Virus record (IMG/VR): IMGVR_UViG_3300044712_000991
Span: 64,001-128,000 of that record
Direction: 5' to 3' (one strand)
Origin: a virus
Length of the DNA stretch: 64,000 nt
Part shown: positions 28,718-39,466 of the stretch, piece after piece
How the letters are laid out: the number at the start of each line of letters is the position of its first letter
How positions within the stretch are numbered: position 1 is the first letter of the stretch
Notes under the pieces: model-generated
The model's input: only the letters and a program-made list of their open reading frames with translations
Databases searched by the model: none
What the model was told of the DNA's origin: nothing
Position numbers and translations under genes: made by a program

Positions 28718-29794
28718 CTACTGATAACTTGTGATGTCCCCACTCACATCGATGTCAAGGATGTGCTGTTCATCGTAATCCACAAACCACTCCGATCTGA
28801 GCTCGACGGTAACGCCCGTGGTGAACACAATGTCGTTGTCGCCACGTTTTCTGTCGGTCATTCCCAGTTTGTTGACCGATTTTACTGAAAAACCTCGGTC
28901 TGTGAGGTACTTCGCACCATCCACATACAACCTAGCGAGGTCTGTGCGCGTGATGTTCGTACTTGCTCGGTTGATGTCCCCATGTTGGGCGAGCCTAGTG
29001 TAGATTTCAGCCAAATCTGCCAAATCTTGAGCTTTTTTCATGCTATTTTTGGCAGAACACTTGATGTTCAGCAGGACTTCATGTGCGCCTCCCATGCGCA
29101 TCACGGGAGAGTACCGCACACCCCCCGCCAAACTGCCTGAGACGAGGTCTCCGAGGGGTGCTGGGGTGATATAACCGTATGTAGAGGTCGTGTCCACGGC
29201 TATTTTGTACACAGACCCCGACTGTGGCGTGAACACCACCCAGTACTCGGTGCCTCTGTTGAGATACACGTGGGGGTAGACCCCCGCAAAGAAGGTTTTG
29301 AGCACCTCGGTGTCGGTATTTTGGATACTTCCAGAGGAGAGTAAGACACTTCCTGTGGAAGTGTATCCTGAGTAGACTTCGATACCAATGTCATCGACAT
29401 TGTACCCCCGTTTCCAGATGAGATCGACCTCGAAACCACTGACAGACCCCGTGACTGTCGAAGGCAAACGAAACGCCACGGGCGCATCCGTGGAGAACTC
29501 CACGAGACCGAGTGAGCGCTCCCCCATGGGATACACCACATCGTACAAATTTTCGATCTGATTGTTGAGGCTCATAGGAACATTCTGCCCCGCGCCTGTA
29601 CTTACGGTCACCACGGGGTAGTGCTCGGCTTCTTCGAAGAATGCTTCGTATACGGTGTCCGTGACAGACCCACTGAGAGACACAATTTCGAGGTCTGTGT
29701 TAGCCCACGGGCCACCGTAACGGTACACCCTTCGCAGGAACTCCACGAATGTGTCCCTCGCCGTTTGTTCGAATCTGTAATAGAGTTTGCTCAT
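28718..29794 (-). CDS. Tail completion/neck protein
   Basis: Lies between the head-closure gene and the sheath; YPVVTVS and FTTGVTVELRSEW. Confidence 0.55.
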   Translation of the reverse strand: MSKLYYRFEQTARDTFVEFLRRVYRYGGPWANTDLEIVSLSGSVTDTVYEAFFEEAEHYPVVTVSTGAGQNVPMSLNNQIENLYDVVYPMGERSLGLVEFSTDAPVAFRLPSTVTGSVSGFEVDLIWKRGYNVDDIGIEVYSGYTSTGSVLLSSGSIQNTDTEVLKTFFAGVYPHVYLNRGTEYWVVFTPQSGSVYKIAVDTTSTYGYITPAPLGDLVSGSLAGGVRYSPVMRMGGAHEVLLNIKCSAKNSMKKAQDLADLAEIYTRLAQHGDINRASTNITRTDLARLYVDGAKYLTDRGFSVKSVNKLGMTDRKRGDNDIVFTTGVTVELRSEWFVDYDEQHILDIDVSGDITSYQ

Positions 29795-29796
29795 GG

Positions 29797-30693
29797 CTAT
29801 GCCGAGGTGACGTAAGGAATATTGTATCGAGGATCAGAGGCCTCGATGAGGTTTAGTTTGAAACGCTGACTCACTAGTTCCCTCTGGATGATGGAGTTCG
29901 TGGAATTCACGATTTCATAGCGATGTTCCTGACCATCCGGGCTATCATCAGCCGCTAGCACGAGAATGTCGAAGTCATCCACATAGGGATACCATATCAT
30001 CCACGAGTCCCTGTTCTCGATGACCGTGCGACCTTCATCCATGATCACGATGTCGTTGAGATTTATGGGGAACCTCACGAGCACCTGGTTCGGTCGCTGA
30101 AAGTCATCCCAATGGGAGGACTTGTACTGACTCCACCCAAACACAGACTGTGCTACGCTGTCACCCCGCTTGTTCGCCAAGTCTTCCACGCCATCCTCCC
30201 AAGTAAGGTAGTGGTAGGTGACGTTTGATGTGTCGGTAAACCCTCGATTGAACACCACTTCCACCCGCGTGGGAGAGACATCTCTGCGCTCGACCACTGC
30301 GAACTCGGTGTTCGCTATGATGTCCTCGGGGGTTAACACGCGTGTCATGGGTGTACCCGAGTAATACACATGGATATTGCCCCGACCATTGTTGACATAC
30401 TGCCGCATGTCGGGATGATTGCTACCACCCTCCCAGAGCGTAAGACGATACTGTGCATCCGATACCACCCACGCTGCGGACAGGGGAGTGATGCGAGCGC
30501 CAGGATATCCAACGGGCATCCCCCCTGTCACCTGCTGTATGAGATAGCATGGTGTGGGGGATATCCGCGACTGGATGATGTGCGACTGCTTGATGTACTG
30601 AATGTGCACAGGATCAAGACCTAGACCGTAGTCGTAGCCGAAGCCCGTTGTGCGCGGAGGTAGTTCACCAAGTCGATATGGTGTGTTGTGCAT
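29797..30693 (-). CDS. Head closure/neck protein
   Basis: Position in the module; SWMIWYPYVDDFDILV...RYEIVN...LVSQRFKL resembles head-tail adaptors. Confidence 0.55.
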   Translation of the reverse strand: MHNTPYRLGELPPRTTGFGYDYGLGLDPVHIQYIKQSHIIQSRISPTPCYLIQQVTGGMPVGYPGARITPLSAAWVVSDAQYRLTLWEGGSNHPDMRQYVNNGRGNIHVYYSGTPMTRVLTPEDIIANTEFAVVERRDVSPTRVEVVFNRGFTDTSNVTYHYLTWEDGVEDLANKRGDSVAQSVFGWSQYKSSHWDDFQRPNQVLVRFPINLNDIVIMDEGRTVIENRDSWMIWYPYVDDFDILVLAADDSPDGQEHRYEIVNSTNSIIQRELVSQRFKLNLIEASDPRYNIPYVTSA

Positions 30694-30920
30694 TACTGTG
30701 CCCCATTGTTTTTACTTCGAGGAGAGTTCGTAGGGAGTTTCATATGCGAGAAGAGCACGCTCGCGGCGTTCTGGAGTTGTGCTTCCGTCACACTCTGCCC
30801 ATCCTTAGGTGTCTCCCATTCGTGTATATCCTGCCGAAACACAGGCTCATCACTGGTGCTTATCTCTTCGATTATCTCCACGTACACTATTTTGCGTGTC
30901 TCACCCATGGTGATCCTCAC
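30693..30920 (-). CDS. Hypothetical protein
   Basis: Coupled 75-aa ORF. Confidence 0.4.
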   Translation of the reverse strand: MRITMGETRKIVYVEIIEEISTSDEPVFRQDIHEWETPKDGQSVTEAQLQNAASVLFSHMKLPTNSPRSKNNGAQ

Positions 30921-30938
30921 TGTGCGCTGTATGTTGGG

Positions 30939-31313
30939 TTACGTCGGTGACGACCCACCGTTTGGGGACGACTCTCTGGCCCGTGTCTCCATCACAGACT
31001 GCGCCGCCCGTATACCGAGACCCACAAGGAAAAACGTGAGCCAGTTCGCGGGCATGTCGGGTATGATGGTGGCCTTAGTTGCGACCACCACACGCATAAA
31101 GGACACAAAGAACGCCCATGCACCAATGAGCATCACGAGGTTCTTGTGTGATGGTTTGTTCGGCTGCCCAGCAGTTTCCTCGAAGAAACCCTTGAACCAG
31201 TCGAATTGGGCTGACAGCCACGTGCGTGATCCATTGCCACGGACAATAATACCCACGATGGTCAGGAACAACGTAGCCAATATGAATGCGAATAACCAAG
31301 CTGTGATAGTCAT
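30939..31313 (-). CDS. Holin-like membrane protein (three TM segments)
   Basis: Hydrophobic helices, PSHKNL motif and a hydrophilic C-tail; start re-called at 31313. Confidence 0.5.
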   Translation of the reverse strand: MTITAWLFAFILATLFLTIVGIIVRGNGSRTWLSAQFDWFKGFFEETAGQPNKPSHKNLVMLIGAWAFFVSFMRVVVATKATIIPDMPANWLTFFLVGLGIRAAQSVMETRARESSPNGGSSPT

Positions 31314-31326
31314 GACGTACTCACGG

Positions 31327-32139
31327 TTAACATATGAAGACCCTGCGTTTTGTACGCACGGGTGATGCTGGTATGAATGCCGCTCCACACACAGACCACT
31401 GCTGAGTTCCACTCATATTCCAATTCAACTGATTGGTGCCAGCGGTGGCACTCTCGATATACACGCCACAACCTATTTCGTTGTCAACATCGTTGTACTG
31501 TAACCACAACTGGGTGTCCACGGCTGACAAATCAGACCCGTTACGAAGACACACCCCCGCTACAAAATCTCCCGCCAAGCAGTTTGGGACATCGATGTAG
31601 GGCACGACGCTCGACACATCATCCGTGGAGAAAGATGATTCAGTACCTGTTCGCACGGGTGTAGTTTGATTGACGTTGGCGAACGTAGATGCCCCAGCAG
31701 TGGCTCCAATAACGAAGTCCGAGAAGGTTACTTCAACATTCGCCGTTATCTCAGGCGGAGCTAACAGATACCACATCGCTGTCTTCCACGAGGTGGTGGT
31801 TATAGATTCTACAATCTTGGTAAGACCCACACCATTGAAGGTCACATTGGTGATTGTAGGATTACCAAACATAGCCACCTCTACAAGCAACACCTTCGAC
31901 TGTCCAGCCGCCACAGTATGGCTGAATATCAGAGATGTTGCATAGGCGGTCGTGTATCCTGTAGATGACGATCCGACAACAGATATGGGAGTAGATTGGT
32001 TCGGTGGCGGGTCTGGGGGTGCAGGTGCAGGAGCTTCAAAAAATTCACCCAAAAGAATGGTTTTCGAAGGACCGTATAACCAAGATGAATCACCACCGCG
32101 TAATCGTGCCCATTGATATTTTTGTAATGTGGTGGCCAT
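31327..32139 (-). CDS. Virion structural protein, beta-rich, with a Pro-rich linker
   Basis: PAPAPPDPPP linker; SHTVAAGQSKVLLV..ITNVTFNGV. Confidence 0.55.
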   Translation of the reverse strand: MATTLQKYQWARLRGGDSSWLYGPSKTILLGEFFEAPAPAPPDPPPNQSTPISVVGSSSTGYTTAYATSLIFSHTVAAGQSKVLLVEVAMFGNPTITNVTFNGVGLTKIVESITTTSWKTAMWYLLAPPEITANVEVTFSDFVIGATAGASTFANVNQTTPVRTGTESSFSTDDVSSVVPYIDVPNCLAGDFVAGVCLRNGSDLSAVDTQLWLQYNDVDNEIGCGVYIESATAGTNQLNWNMSGTQQWSVCGAAFIPASPVRTKRRVFIC

Positions 32140-32957
32140 TAGCCTTGCACTAACTTGAGATCACCCACTAGTGTTCCAGAGGAAGTAGTGCCTGTCATCA
32201 ATATGAAGAACAGGCATGCCTGGTCGTGTACACGAGGGAACCCAAGTTGCGCCCAATCGCGTTCGTTCGGGTAGTTTGCAAGCGGAGCACCTATGGTAGC
32301 GAGCCTTCTCGTGGCCGTTATACCGTAACTTCCAGCCGTGCCTGTAGTGGCGTGGATGATGTTGCCAATGGCGCGTATCTTTTCACCGTTATTGCCAGTG
32401 ATGGGGAAGATACGGCTATCTTGGTTAAGTGGAGACGTCCCACCTATCGTAAGGGTCGTACTTCCCGGGGAACCCGATGCGTTTTCATACGATATGGTTG
32501 CCGTTGCGCCTGTGGTGCCGATGTCGGTGTAAATTTCAAGCCACCATTCGACATCCGAATAATCTGAGGCACCTCTACGGTTGTTCATGTTGCTTGTACT
32601 GCCAGAGACACCCACACCCACCACCTGAGCGGTTGTGGTTGTACCGCTGAGACCCCCCATGTGGGCAAGACGATCGTATACATAGATTGTTGTACCAGAG
32701 TTACTTGAATTTAACATGCCTCTTGCAAAGTAACTCATACTTCCTGTTACGGGGTCTGTAAATAACCACGCTCCGGTCAGCGTGTCATCACATATGGCGG
32801 CCGTACTTGGTATGGCCCCTTGCCCAGGAGTGCCAGTGGCACGCCACAGGGATGTGAATCCTGCCGTACCCTGAGTAGCGATACTTGCCTTGTTGACAAC
32901 CATGGTCTGCCCACTAGCATAAGCGGCAACAATACCATCGAGAGTTGTAATAGCCAT
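32139..32957 (-). CDS. Virion structural protein
   Basis: MAITTLDGIVAA...; T/G/S-rich; start re-called at 32957. Confidence 0.55.
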   Translation of the reverse strand: MAITTLDGIVAAYASGQTMVVNKASIATQGTAGFTSLWRATGTPGQGAIPSTAAICDDTLTGAWLFTDPVTGSMSYFARGMLNSSNSGTTIYVYDRLAHMGGLSGTTTTAQVVGVGVSGSTSNMNNRRGASDYSDVEWWLEIYTDIGTTGATATISYENASGSPGSTTLTIGGTSPLNQDSRIFPITGNNGEKIRAIGNIIHATTGTAGSYGITATRRLATIGAPLANYPNERDWAQLGFPRVHDQACLFFILMTGTTSSGTLVGDLKLVQG

Positions 32958-32970
32958 ACTTAGTTCTCCG

Positions 32971-35900
32971 TTAGAAATACATATCGCAGTGGAAACTCGT
33001 GACAGCCGCACCCACAGAACCCGAGATAGCCAGCCACACAACGGAACCCGAGGGGATGGCGGATGCACTGAACGACCGCACAATTTGAGGATTTGTGGTG
33101 CTCGTAACTATCGTGGTACCCACGAGAGTACCCGATGCCCTCGATGCTCCGTAGTACACCGAGGCCGTTACAGGAGACCCTCCCGTGAGCACGTACGCAA
33201 TTTCCGAGATAAACAACGGGTTCGGCGTACGGAACCACGTGATGTTGTCCCCCGACACGGGGGAGTCCACGGTGATAGACCGTGGAATGTTCATCTGCGA
33301 GCCCTGTACGGTCAGCGACCCCGAGACGTTCACACTCCCACTCGGGACATGCACGTTGCCCATGAACTTCGTCCACCCCGACTCCCAGCGACCAGTCTCG
33401 CGCCCACCACTGTAGATACTCACGGGCTGCGTGCCCACGACATCCGTGCGACCGATGGTCGTGCTGTCAGTACTTGCCGTACCGAGGAGGAGATTCCCAG
33501 CGGGCTGTATTGTCAGGCTACCTACACTACCCACGACATCGATGGTCGTACTCCCATCTGCTGCCACGGTGGTCTTGTAGTAGTTCGACACATCGTACTG
33601 CGTTTGGGAGGATGTGGTGAAGACCGCCGCGTAGTTCCACACGAGTTGCTTGGTGGTCGCCACGTACCCCGCGAGCGACCCAGACTGCATGAACTCCACG
33701 GTGTACCCCTGGGTCGTTCCAATCTGGAAGGCCTTACCGTAGGCCATGGAGGTAACATACGAGGAAGTCGTTTGGACATCCAAGTACTCACCACTGTTGC
33801 GGGCGATGCGGAAAATCCCCGTATTGCCAATAAAAAGCGTGTGGTTCGTAGGAACATCGGCCACACCTGCTGTGAGTGCTGAACTAATATACACCGACCC
33901 CGTGACCTGGAGGTTGCCCGTTATGCGCTGCCCTGCGGAGAAGGCGTTCACCACATCTGTGCCAGCGAATCCTGTATGACCAGATGTAGCATACGCAAGA
34001 TTTGTGAGACCCGCGTGATCCTTGGTAAGGGAGCCCGTGACGTTCGTGAGCAACGCGCCATCACCAATGATTGAGGAACTAAAGCGAACGGAGCCCGTGA
34101 CCACAAGGTCACCCGTTATCTTCGTCCTCCCAGTGACCACCAATGGGTCTGTCGGAGCCGCCGTGTTTCCCACTCCAAGCCAACCACCCACGATGTTCAA
34201 GTCCGAAGTGCCTGGTATGTACAGACCGTAGGCATTCGAGATATCGGCGGTCTTTACGGGATCGATGTACAGTCCATAGGCTGTAGTTATTGTTGCCGGG
34301 GCTCCGAGACCGTTGCTGACCGTGATGTACTCACCTGCCACTTGATTGTGGTTGCCCGTTGCTCCCCAGAAAGCCACCTCCACCCTGTGACCAATCATCT
34401 GAATAGTGGAGCCCGTCATGGCCTTCGTAGACCTATTCTGCACCGTACTGTATGCCCCAATGTACGCCCCCGATAGGGTGGTGGGAGCCCCAGTGACCGT
34501 ATCGGGTATCATCGCACGGTTGTACGTACCGATAACATTGCCCGATGAATCCAAGGCATCCATTAGCACGGCTTCGTTTTCCTGAGCAATCGCCCATCCG
34601 CTTGAAGCAGGCCACGCAAGTGCAAGCGTATTGGCCGTAGCACGCATACTCCACGCGGAGTACGGGGTGTAGTTCGAGAAGTTTCCAATAGACAGACTTC
34701 CACTTACAACCACGCCTCCCGATATGTGCTGTATGGGGATGAAGGTGTTGCTCACGGCGGTGCCAGCGAAACCAGTGTGACCAGAGGTAGCGTACGGCAA
34801 GTTCGACAGACCCGCATGATCCGTTATGACCGCAGGTAGCCCAGCAAACCTAGAGTTGATACCCGAACTCACATACTGTGCGTGGTCGGAGGATTCAAAA
34901 CCAGTGTGACCGGATGAAGCGTAGTCCAATGCTGTAAGACCCGAGTGGACTGTCACTACAGCAGGTAGCGCATTGAACCGAGAGTTGATACCTGAACTGA
35001 CATACTGAGCATCTGCTGAGGACTGAAAGCCTGTGTGCCCTGATGTAGCATACGCTAGGTTCTGAAGTTCATTGTGGTACTCGTGAATCGAGGAGCTCAC
35101 GCCATTGATACGAGTCACGAGGTTCCCACTCACGAACTGCGCGTTCGTTTGGGATTCAAACCCAGTATGCCCTGATGTAGCGTACGATAGGTTCTGGAGT
35201 TCGTTGTGGTACTCGTGTATTGATGCGCTCACGTTGTTGATACGTGTTACGAGGTTACCACTAACGAACTGAGCATTGGTTTGCGATTCAAATCCAGTAT
35301 GCCCCGAAGATGCATAAGTAAGGTTGGACAGTCCGGCATGGTCGGTAATGACCGCTGGCAAGGCATTGAACCGCGAGTTGATACCAGAACTAACATACTG
35401 TGCATTGGCTGAGGATTCGAAACCCGTATGACCTGAGGATGCGTAGTCCAACGCCGAGAGACTAGAGTGGACGGTCACGACCGCAGGTAGTGCATTGAAA
35501 CGAGCATTGATACCCGAACTCACATACTGTGCATCCGCAGAGGACTGGAACCCTGTGTGGCCCGATGTGGCGTACGCTAGGTTCGTGAGACCCGCATGGT
35601 CTTTGGTGAGGGAACCCGTGACGTTGGTCAGCAGGGAGCCATCCCCTGACAGGGTACCAAGAACTGCTAGCGATCCGCTTACAGTGACCGAGCCTGTAAC
35701 GCGTAGTCCACCCACAGTGACCTGACGGTTGGCGAGGTTCCCCGAGTACTCCTCGCTCGATAGGTGGTAGTACTCTGATGGATAGAGACCTCCTTGTAAG
35801 GTCGTAAGTGAGTTGTGATCTATCGCCGCACCGGAGCCTACAGTATTCACCGAGCCGATGGACAGGAACGTCGGTGTGGCAGCCAAACGGCATTGCCCGG

Positions 35901-38900
35901 TAGATGTAGATGTTATGGTACTCCATGTCAGACGATAGGCGAACGATGCTTCTATAAGAGGGAACCCCGTGTAGTCCCACGCGGATAGATTTTCCGCCTC
36001 GGCTGCCGCTAGAGATGTGTACGTGGCTCTCCCCGGTATGATGGTATACGCGGCACTCCCCGAGAGGTTCGTGAACAACAGATACGAGTTCACCCACCGG
36101 ACTAATCCACCTCCACCACCTCCCGTAGCATCTATGAGTGCACCACTGTTATCCCACTGAATCCAGTTGGTTGCCGTGTTGTACTTAAACGGTACGCTAC
36201 TTGATGTCCACGCCCAGACCGTGGGTGCTGTTCTGTACATCACGGTGTACACAGGGAGAGTACCATTTTGGTCTGTCAAAGCTGGTAAACTGTGTACAAT
36301 ATCCTCATCTGCAATTACCGTGGCACTCACCCCAAACGTTTTAGCCGCATCATTATCGGTATCCACCGTAAGGCCGGATAACGCTCCTGCGGTAACAACC
36401 TGTGTTCCGTTTGTAGAGTGCTCGTAGTAATGGCTACGCCTATCGATGAGAACCGTGTGGCGTTCATCTCCGATCCAGTACTTGGGTACACTGCCCGAGT
36501 TCCACAAAATCTCAGCCACGGGTACTACAGTCGATAGCAGAGACCACGGAGAACTCGATACGCTGAGAGTACCTGCGGTGTCATCGATATAGATGAAGTT
36601 CTGCCCCTGGGTGAGCGGTGCCAACGATATGTTCTTAGAACCCGTTATCGTGTGCTTCAAGCCCATTCGCCAATAACTCCATGTGCTGCTCACAGGAGCC
36701 ACGGTGAACACTGAACTCCCATCGAACGAAAGCGTGGTCTCGGTCTGGTTGAGGAACCCATAGCGCCCAATGTTTGCAAAATCTGCACGGGAGAGCAAGG
36801 TCAGGTCGGCAGCAGCACGGTCAGACACTTCCTGTACCACGGAGGCCGAGATGGAGTTCATGCGGGTCACGATGTTGCCCGACACGAACTGGGCGTTCAC
36901 CTTGGTCTCCATGGTGGACACCATGTTCCCACTCACGAACTGCGCGTTTACCTGAGATTCGAAACCCGTGTGACCTGATGTAGCGTACGAGAGATTCTGG
37001 AGTTCGTTGTGGTACTCATGAATAGAGGAACTCACGCTATTGATGCGGGTCACTAGGTTACCACTCACAAACTGTGCGTTCGTCTGCGATTCAAACCCTG
37101 TGTGACCTGATGTAGCGTACGAGAGATTCTGGAGTTCGTTATGATATTCGTGGATTGATGCGCTCACATTGTTGATGCGCGTCACGAGATTGCCACTGAC
37201 GAACTGAGCATTCGTTTGCGATTCGAACCCCGTATGACCAGAAGCAGCATATGTCAGGTTCGACAGACCCGCGTGATCGGTGATGACCGCAGGCAAGGCC
37301 GCGAAGCGGGCATTGATACCCGAACTCACGTACTGTGCATCCGCCGCCGACTGAAATCCCGTATGGCCGCTGGAAGCGTAGTCGAGGTTCAGGAGAGCCG
37401 CGTGATTGGTGGTACCCCCACCAACGGATGCGGATGTCCACCGCGCATTACCTGCATTGTCGGAGGCCACGAGGTAGTACCCCGCGACAGCACCCGAAGC
37501 CATCTGTAGGCGTTGGGTGTTAACCGATCCCGTGACGGTCACACCCCCCTGGAAAGTCTGCGAGGAGGTGAAGGTGTTTCCTACTCCAGTGCCAGCGAAA
37601 CCCGTATGACCCGCCGAGGCGTAATCAAGTTGAGTAAGCTCCGAGTGAGCCACGACGCTCGATGTCGGGAGAGCCGATATGCGTGCGTTGATCCCTGAAC
37701 TCACATACTGCGCATTGGCAGAAGATTCAAAGCCCGTATGACCGGAGGAAGCGTAGTCGAGTGCTGTGAGGGATGAGTGGACTGTCACGACCGCAGGTAG
37801 AGCGTTGAATCGTGCGTTGATCCCTGAACTCACATACTGTGCATTTGCTTGGGACTCAAAACCCGTATGACCCGAGGTAGCGTATGCTAGGTTCTGAAGT
37901 TCATTGTGGTACTCATGAATAGAGGAACTCACGCCATTGATGCGGGTGACGAGATTGCCACTGACGAACTGGGCATTGGTTTGCGATTCAAACCCCGTAT
38001 GACCGGAAGAAGCGTACGAAAGGTTTTGGAGTTCATTGTGATACTCATGTATCGAGGAACTCACACCATTGATACGGGTCACGAGATTACCCGACACAAA
38101 CTGAGCATTCGTTTGCGACTCGAATCCCGTGTGTCCCGAGGATGCGTAGGTCAGGTTCGATAGGGCTGCATGATCGGTGATAACGGATGGCAAGGCATTG
38201 AAACGAGAGTTGATACCCGAACTGACGTACTGAGCATTCGCTTGAGACTCAAACCCCGTATGCCCCGATGCAGTGTACGATAGGTTCTGGAGTTCGTTGT
38301 GATACTCATGGATCGAGGAACTCACGCTATTGATGCGCGTCACAAGGTTCCCCGATACAAACTGAGCATTCGCCTCGGACTCAAAACCCGTATGACCCGA
38401 TGAGGCGTACGACAGCCCTTGCAGACTAGCGTGTGGTATGCTGCTCGATGTGAAGTGTATGGAGGTATCGAGGACATGCTGCGCCACGCTCGCACTGAGC
38501 GCTTGCAGACCTATCGAGGTCGCCACGGCAGATGAGGATACGAGTTGTAGTGTGGCTTGTGTGCCGACCAAACTGCCTGACACGAGGTTCAGCGTATAGA
38601 TGGTGCTGTCCAAACTGCTCGACACGAGTTGCAGGGTAGCCTGGGTGCTGACAAGACTTCCACTGATGGACATCACGAGCAGGGAGGTGCTGTCTACACT
38701 GCCCGAGAGGAGTGCGAGTGCCTGTTGCGTGCTTACGAGGCTCCCCGACACCACTGCTAGTGTGTACCACGCGGCATCCACCGAGGAACTCACAAGTTGG
38801 AGCTCGACTGAACTAGCGAACCCCGTGTGACCCGAGGAGGTGTAGTCCAGGTGTGCGAGGAGTTCGTGGGCTCCTCCCGCTATGCTACCCGTAAAGGGCA

Positions 38901-39063
38901 GTCCCACAGGCCCCTGGGGTCCAGGGGGACCCTGTACCCCGACCTGGATCACATGGGGGACCACGATGCTATTTGGTCGGACTTCAACCACTGTATTGGC
39001 GACACTCAATTGATTGGCGGTGACCAATTCAGGCGAGTTGATTTCGACATTGATGGTGGGCAT
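32971..39063 (-). CDS. Giant fibre-like virion protein with about 20 H..L..L.Y..SGHTGF repeats
   Basis: 2030 aa; short collagen-like GVQGPPGPQGPVG segment; heptad segment; tandem His repeats. Confidence 0.75.
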   Translation of the reverse strand: MPTINVEINSPELVTANQLSVANTVVEVRPNSIVVPHVIQVGVQGPPGPQGPVGLPFTGSIAGGAHELLAHLDYTSSGHTGFASSVELQLVSSSVDAAWYTLAVVSGSLVSTQQALALLSGSVDSTSLLVMSISGSLVSTQATLQLVSSSLDSTIYTLNLVSGSLVGTQATLQLVSSSAVATSIGLQALSASVAQHVLDTSIHFTSSSIPHASLQGLSYASSGHTGFESEANAQFVSGNLVTRINSVSSSIHEYHNELQNLSYTASGHTGFESQANAQYVSSGINSRFNALPSVITDHAALSNLTYASSGHTGFESQTNAQFVSGNLVTRINGVSSSIHEYHNELQNLSYASSGHTGFESQTNAQFVSGNLVTRINGVSSSIHEYHNELQNLAYATSGHTGFESQANAQYVSSGINARFNALPAVVTVHSSLTALDYASSGHTGFESSANAQYVSSGINARISALPTSSVVAHSELTQLDYASAGHTGFAGTGVGNTFTSSQTFQGGVTVTGSVNTQRLQMASGAVAGYYLVASDNAGNARWTSASVGGGTTNHAALLNLDYASSGHTGFQSAADAQYVSSGINARFAALPAVITDHAGLSNLTYAASGHTGFESQTNAQFVSGNLVTRINNVSASIHEYHNELQNLSYATSGHTGFESQTNAQFVSGNLVTRINSVSSSIHEYHNELQNLSYATSGHTGFESQVNAQFVSGNMVSTMETKVNAQFVSGNIVTRMNSISASVVQEVSDRAAADLTLLSRADFANIGRYGFLNQTETTLSFDGSSVFTVAPVSSTWSYWRMGLKHTITGSKNISLAPLTQGQNFIYIDDTAGTLSVSSSPWSLLSTVVPVAEILWNSGSVPKYWIGDERHTVLIDRRSHYYEHSTNGTQVVTAGALSGLTVDTDNDAAKTFGVSATVIADEDIVHSLPALTDQNGTLPVYTVMYRTAPTVWAWTSSSVPFKYNTATNWIQWDNSGALIDATGGGGGGLVRWVNSYLLFTNLSGSAAYTIIPGRATYTSLAAAEAENLSAWDYTGFPLIEASFAYRLTWSTITSTSTGQCRLAATPTFLSIGSVNTVGSGAAIDHNSLTTLQGGLYPSEYYHLSSEEYSGNLANRQVTVGGLRVTGSVTVSGSLAVLGTLSGDGSLLTNVTGSLTKDHAGLTNLAYATSGHTGFQSSADAQYVSSGINARFNALPAVVTVHSSLSALDYASSGHTGFESSANAQYVSSGINSRFNALPAVITDHAGLSNLTYASSGHTGFESQTNAQFVSGNLVTRINNVSASIHEYHNELQNLSYATSGHTGFESQTNAQFVSGNLVTRINGVSSSIHEYHNELQNLAYATSGHTGFQSSADAQYVSSGINSRFNALPAVVTVHSGLTALDYASSGHTGFESSDHAQYVSSGINSRFAGLPAVITDHAGLSNLPYATSGHTGFAGTAVSNTFIPIQHISGGVVVSGSLSIGNFSNYTPYSAWSMRATANTLALAWPASSGWAIAQENEAVLMDALDSSGNVIGTYNRAMIPDTVTGAPTTLSGAYIGAYSTVQNRSTKAMTGSTIQMIGHRVEVAFWGATGNHNQVAGEYITVSNGLGAPATITTAYGLYIDPVKTADISNAYGLYIPGTSDLNIVGGWLGVGNTAAPTDPLVVTGRTKITGDLVVTGSVRFSSSIIGDGALLTNVTGSLTKDHAGLTNLAYATSGHTGFAGTDVVNAFSAGQRITGNLQVTGSVYISSALTAGVADVPTNHTLFIGNTGIFRIARNSGEYLDVQTTSSYVTSMAYGKAFQIGTTQGYTVEFMQSGSLAGYVATTKQLVWNYAAVFTTSSQTQYDVSNYYKTTVAADGSTTIDVVGSVGSLTIQPAGNLLLGTASTDSTTIGRTDVVGTQPVSIYSGGRETGRWESGWTKFMGNVHVPSGSVNVSGSLTVQGSQMNIPRSITVDSPVSGDNITWFRTPNPLFISEIAYVLTGGSPVTASVYYGASRASGTLVGTTIVTSTTNPQIVRSFSASAIPSGSVVWLAISGSVGAAVTSFHCDMYF

Positions 39064-39078
39064 AAGGTAGTCTGAACG

Positions 39079-39465
39079 TTATGGGCGTGTCACAGCAGGG
39101 CGTATCCAGGCATCGCCTTGAAGGATACGTATTTCGGAGGCTCCGATGTAAAGTTTCATGTCCCACACTGCGCGGATATACGGCATACTGGCTGTCTGAG
39201 AGGCGGTCAGGGACAGAACAACCGATCCAGATGAGCCAGCACTTCCGGTAACAACACCGCTACTGCTCGATCCAAAGTTCACACCGAACTCCGCGAGCAC
39301 GCTTGGGTTGTTGTAGAAATCACGAATCTGAGCCCGACAAGTATAGCCTGTCAAGTCCATCGGGACTAGCGTCGGGTCGGAAACAGATAGGGGTACCTGA
39401 AGTGTCAGAGGAAGTTCGAAGGTCGCGCCTTGGTCTATCGTGATGTCATATTTTCCTGCTGGCAT
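39079..39465 (-). CDS. Small virion/fibre-associated protein
   Basis: MPAGKYDITIDQGATF...AVWDM...RILQG; start re-called at 39465. Confidence 0.6.
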   Translation of the reverse strand: MPAGKYDITIDQGATFELPLTLQVPLSVSDPTLVPMDLTGYTCRAQIRDFYNNPSVLAEFGVNFGSSSSGVVTGSAGSSGSVVLSLTASQTASMPYIRAVWDMKLYIGASEIRILQGDAWIRPAVTRP

Positions 39466-39466
39466 A

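Noticed and set aside
32971-39063. Diversity-generating retroelement acting on the fibre repeats
   Set aside because: No reverse transcriptase is in the window, and the repeat differences are mostly synonymous rather than adenine-specific.
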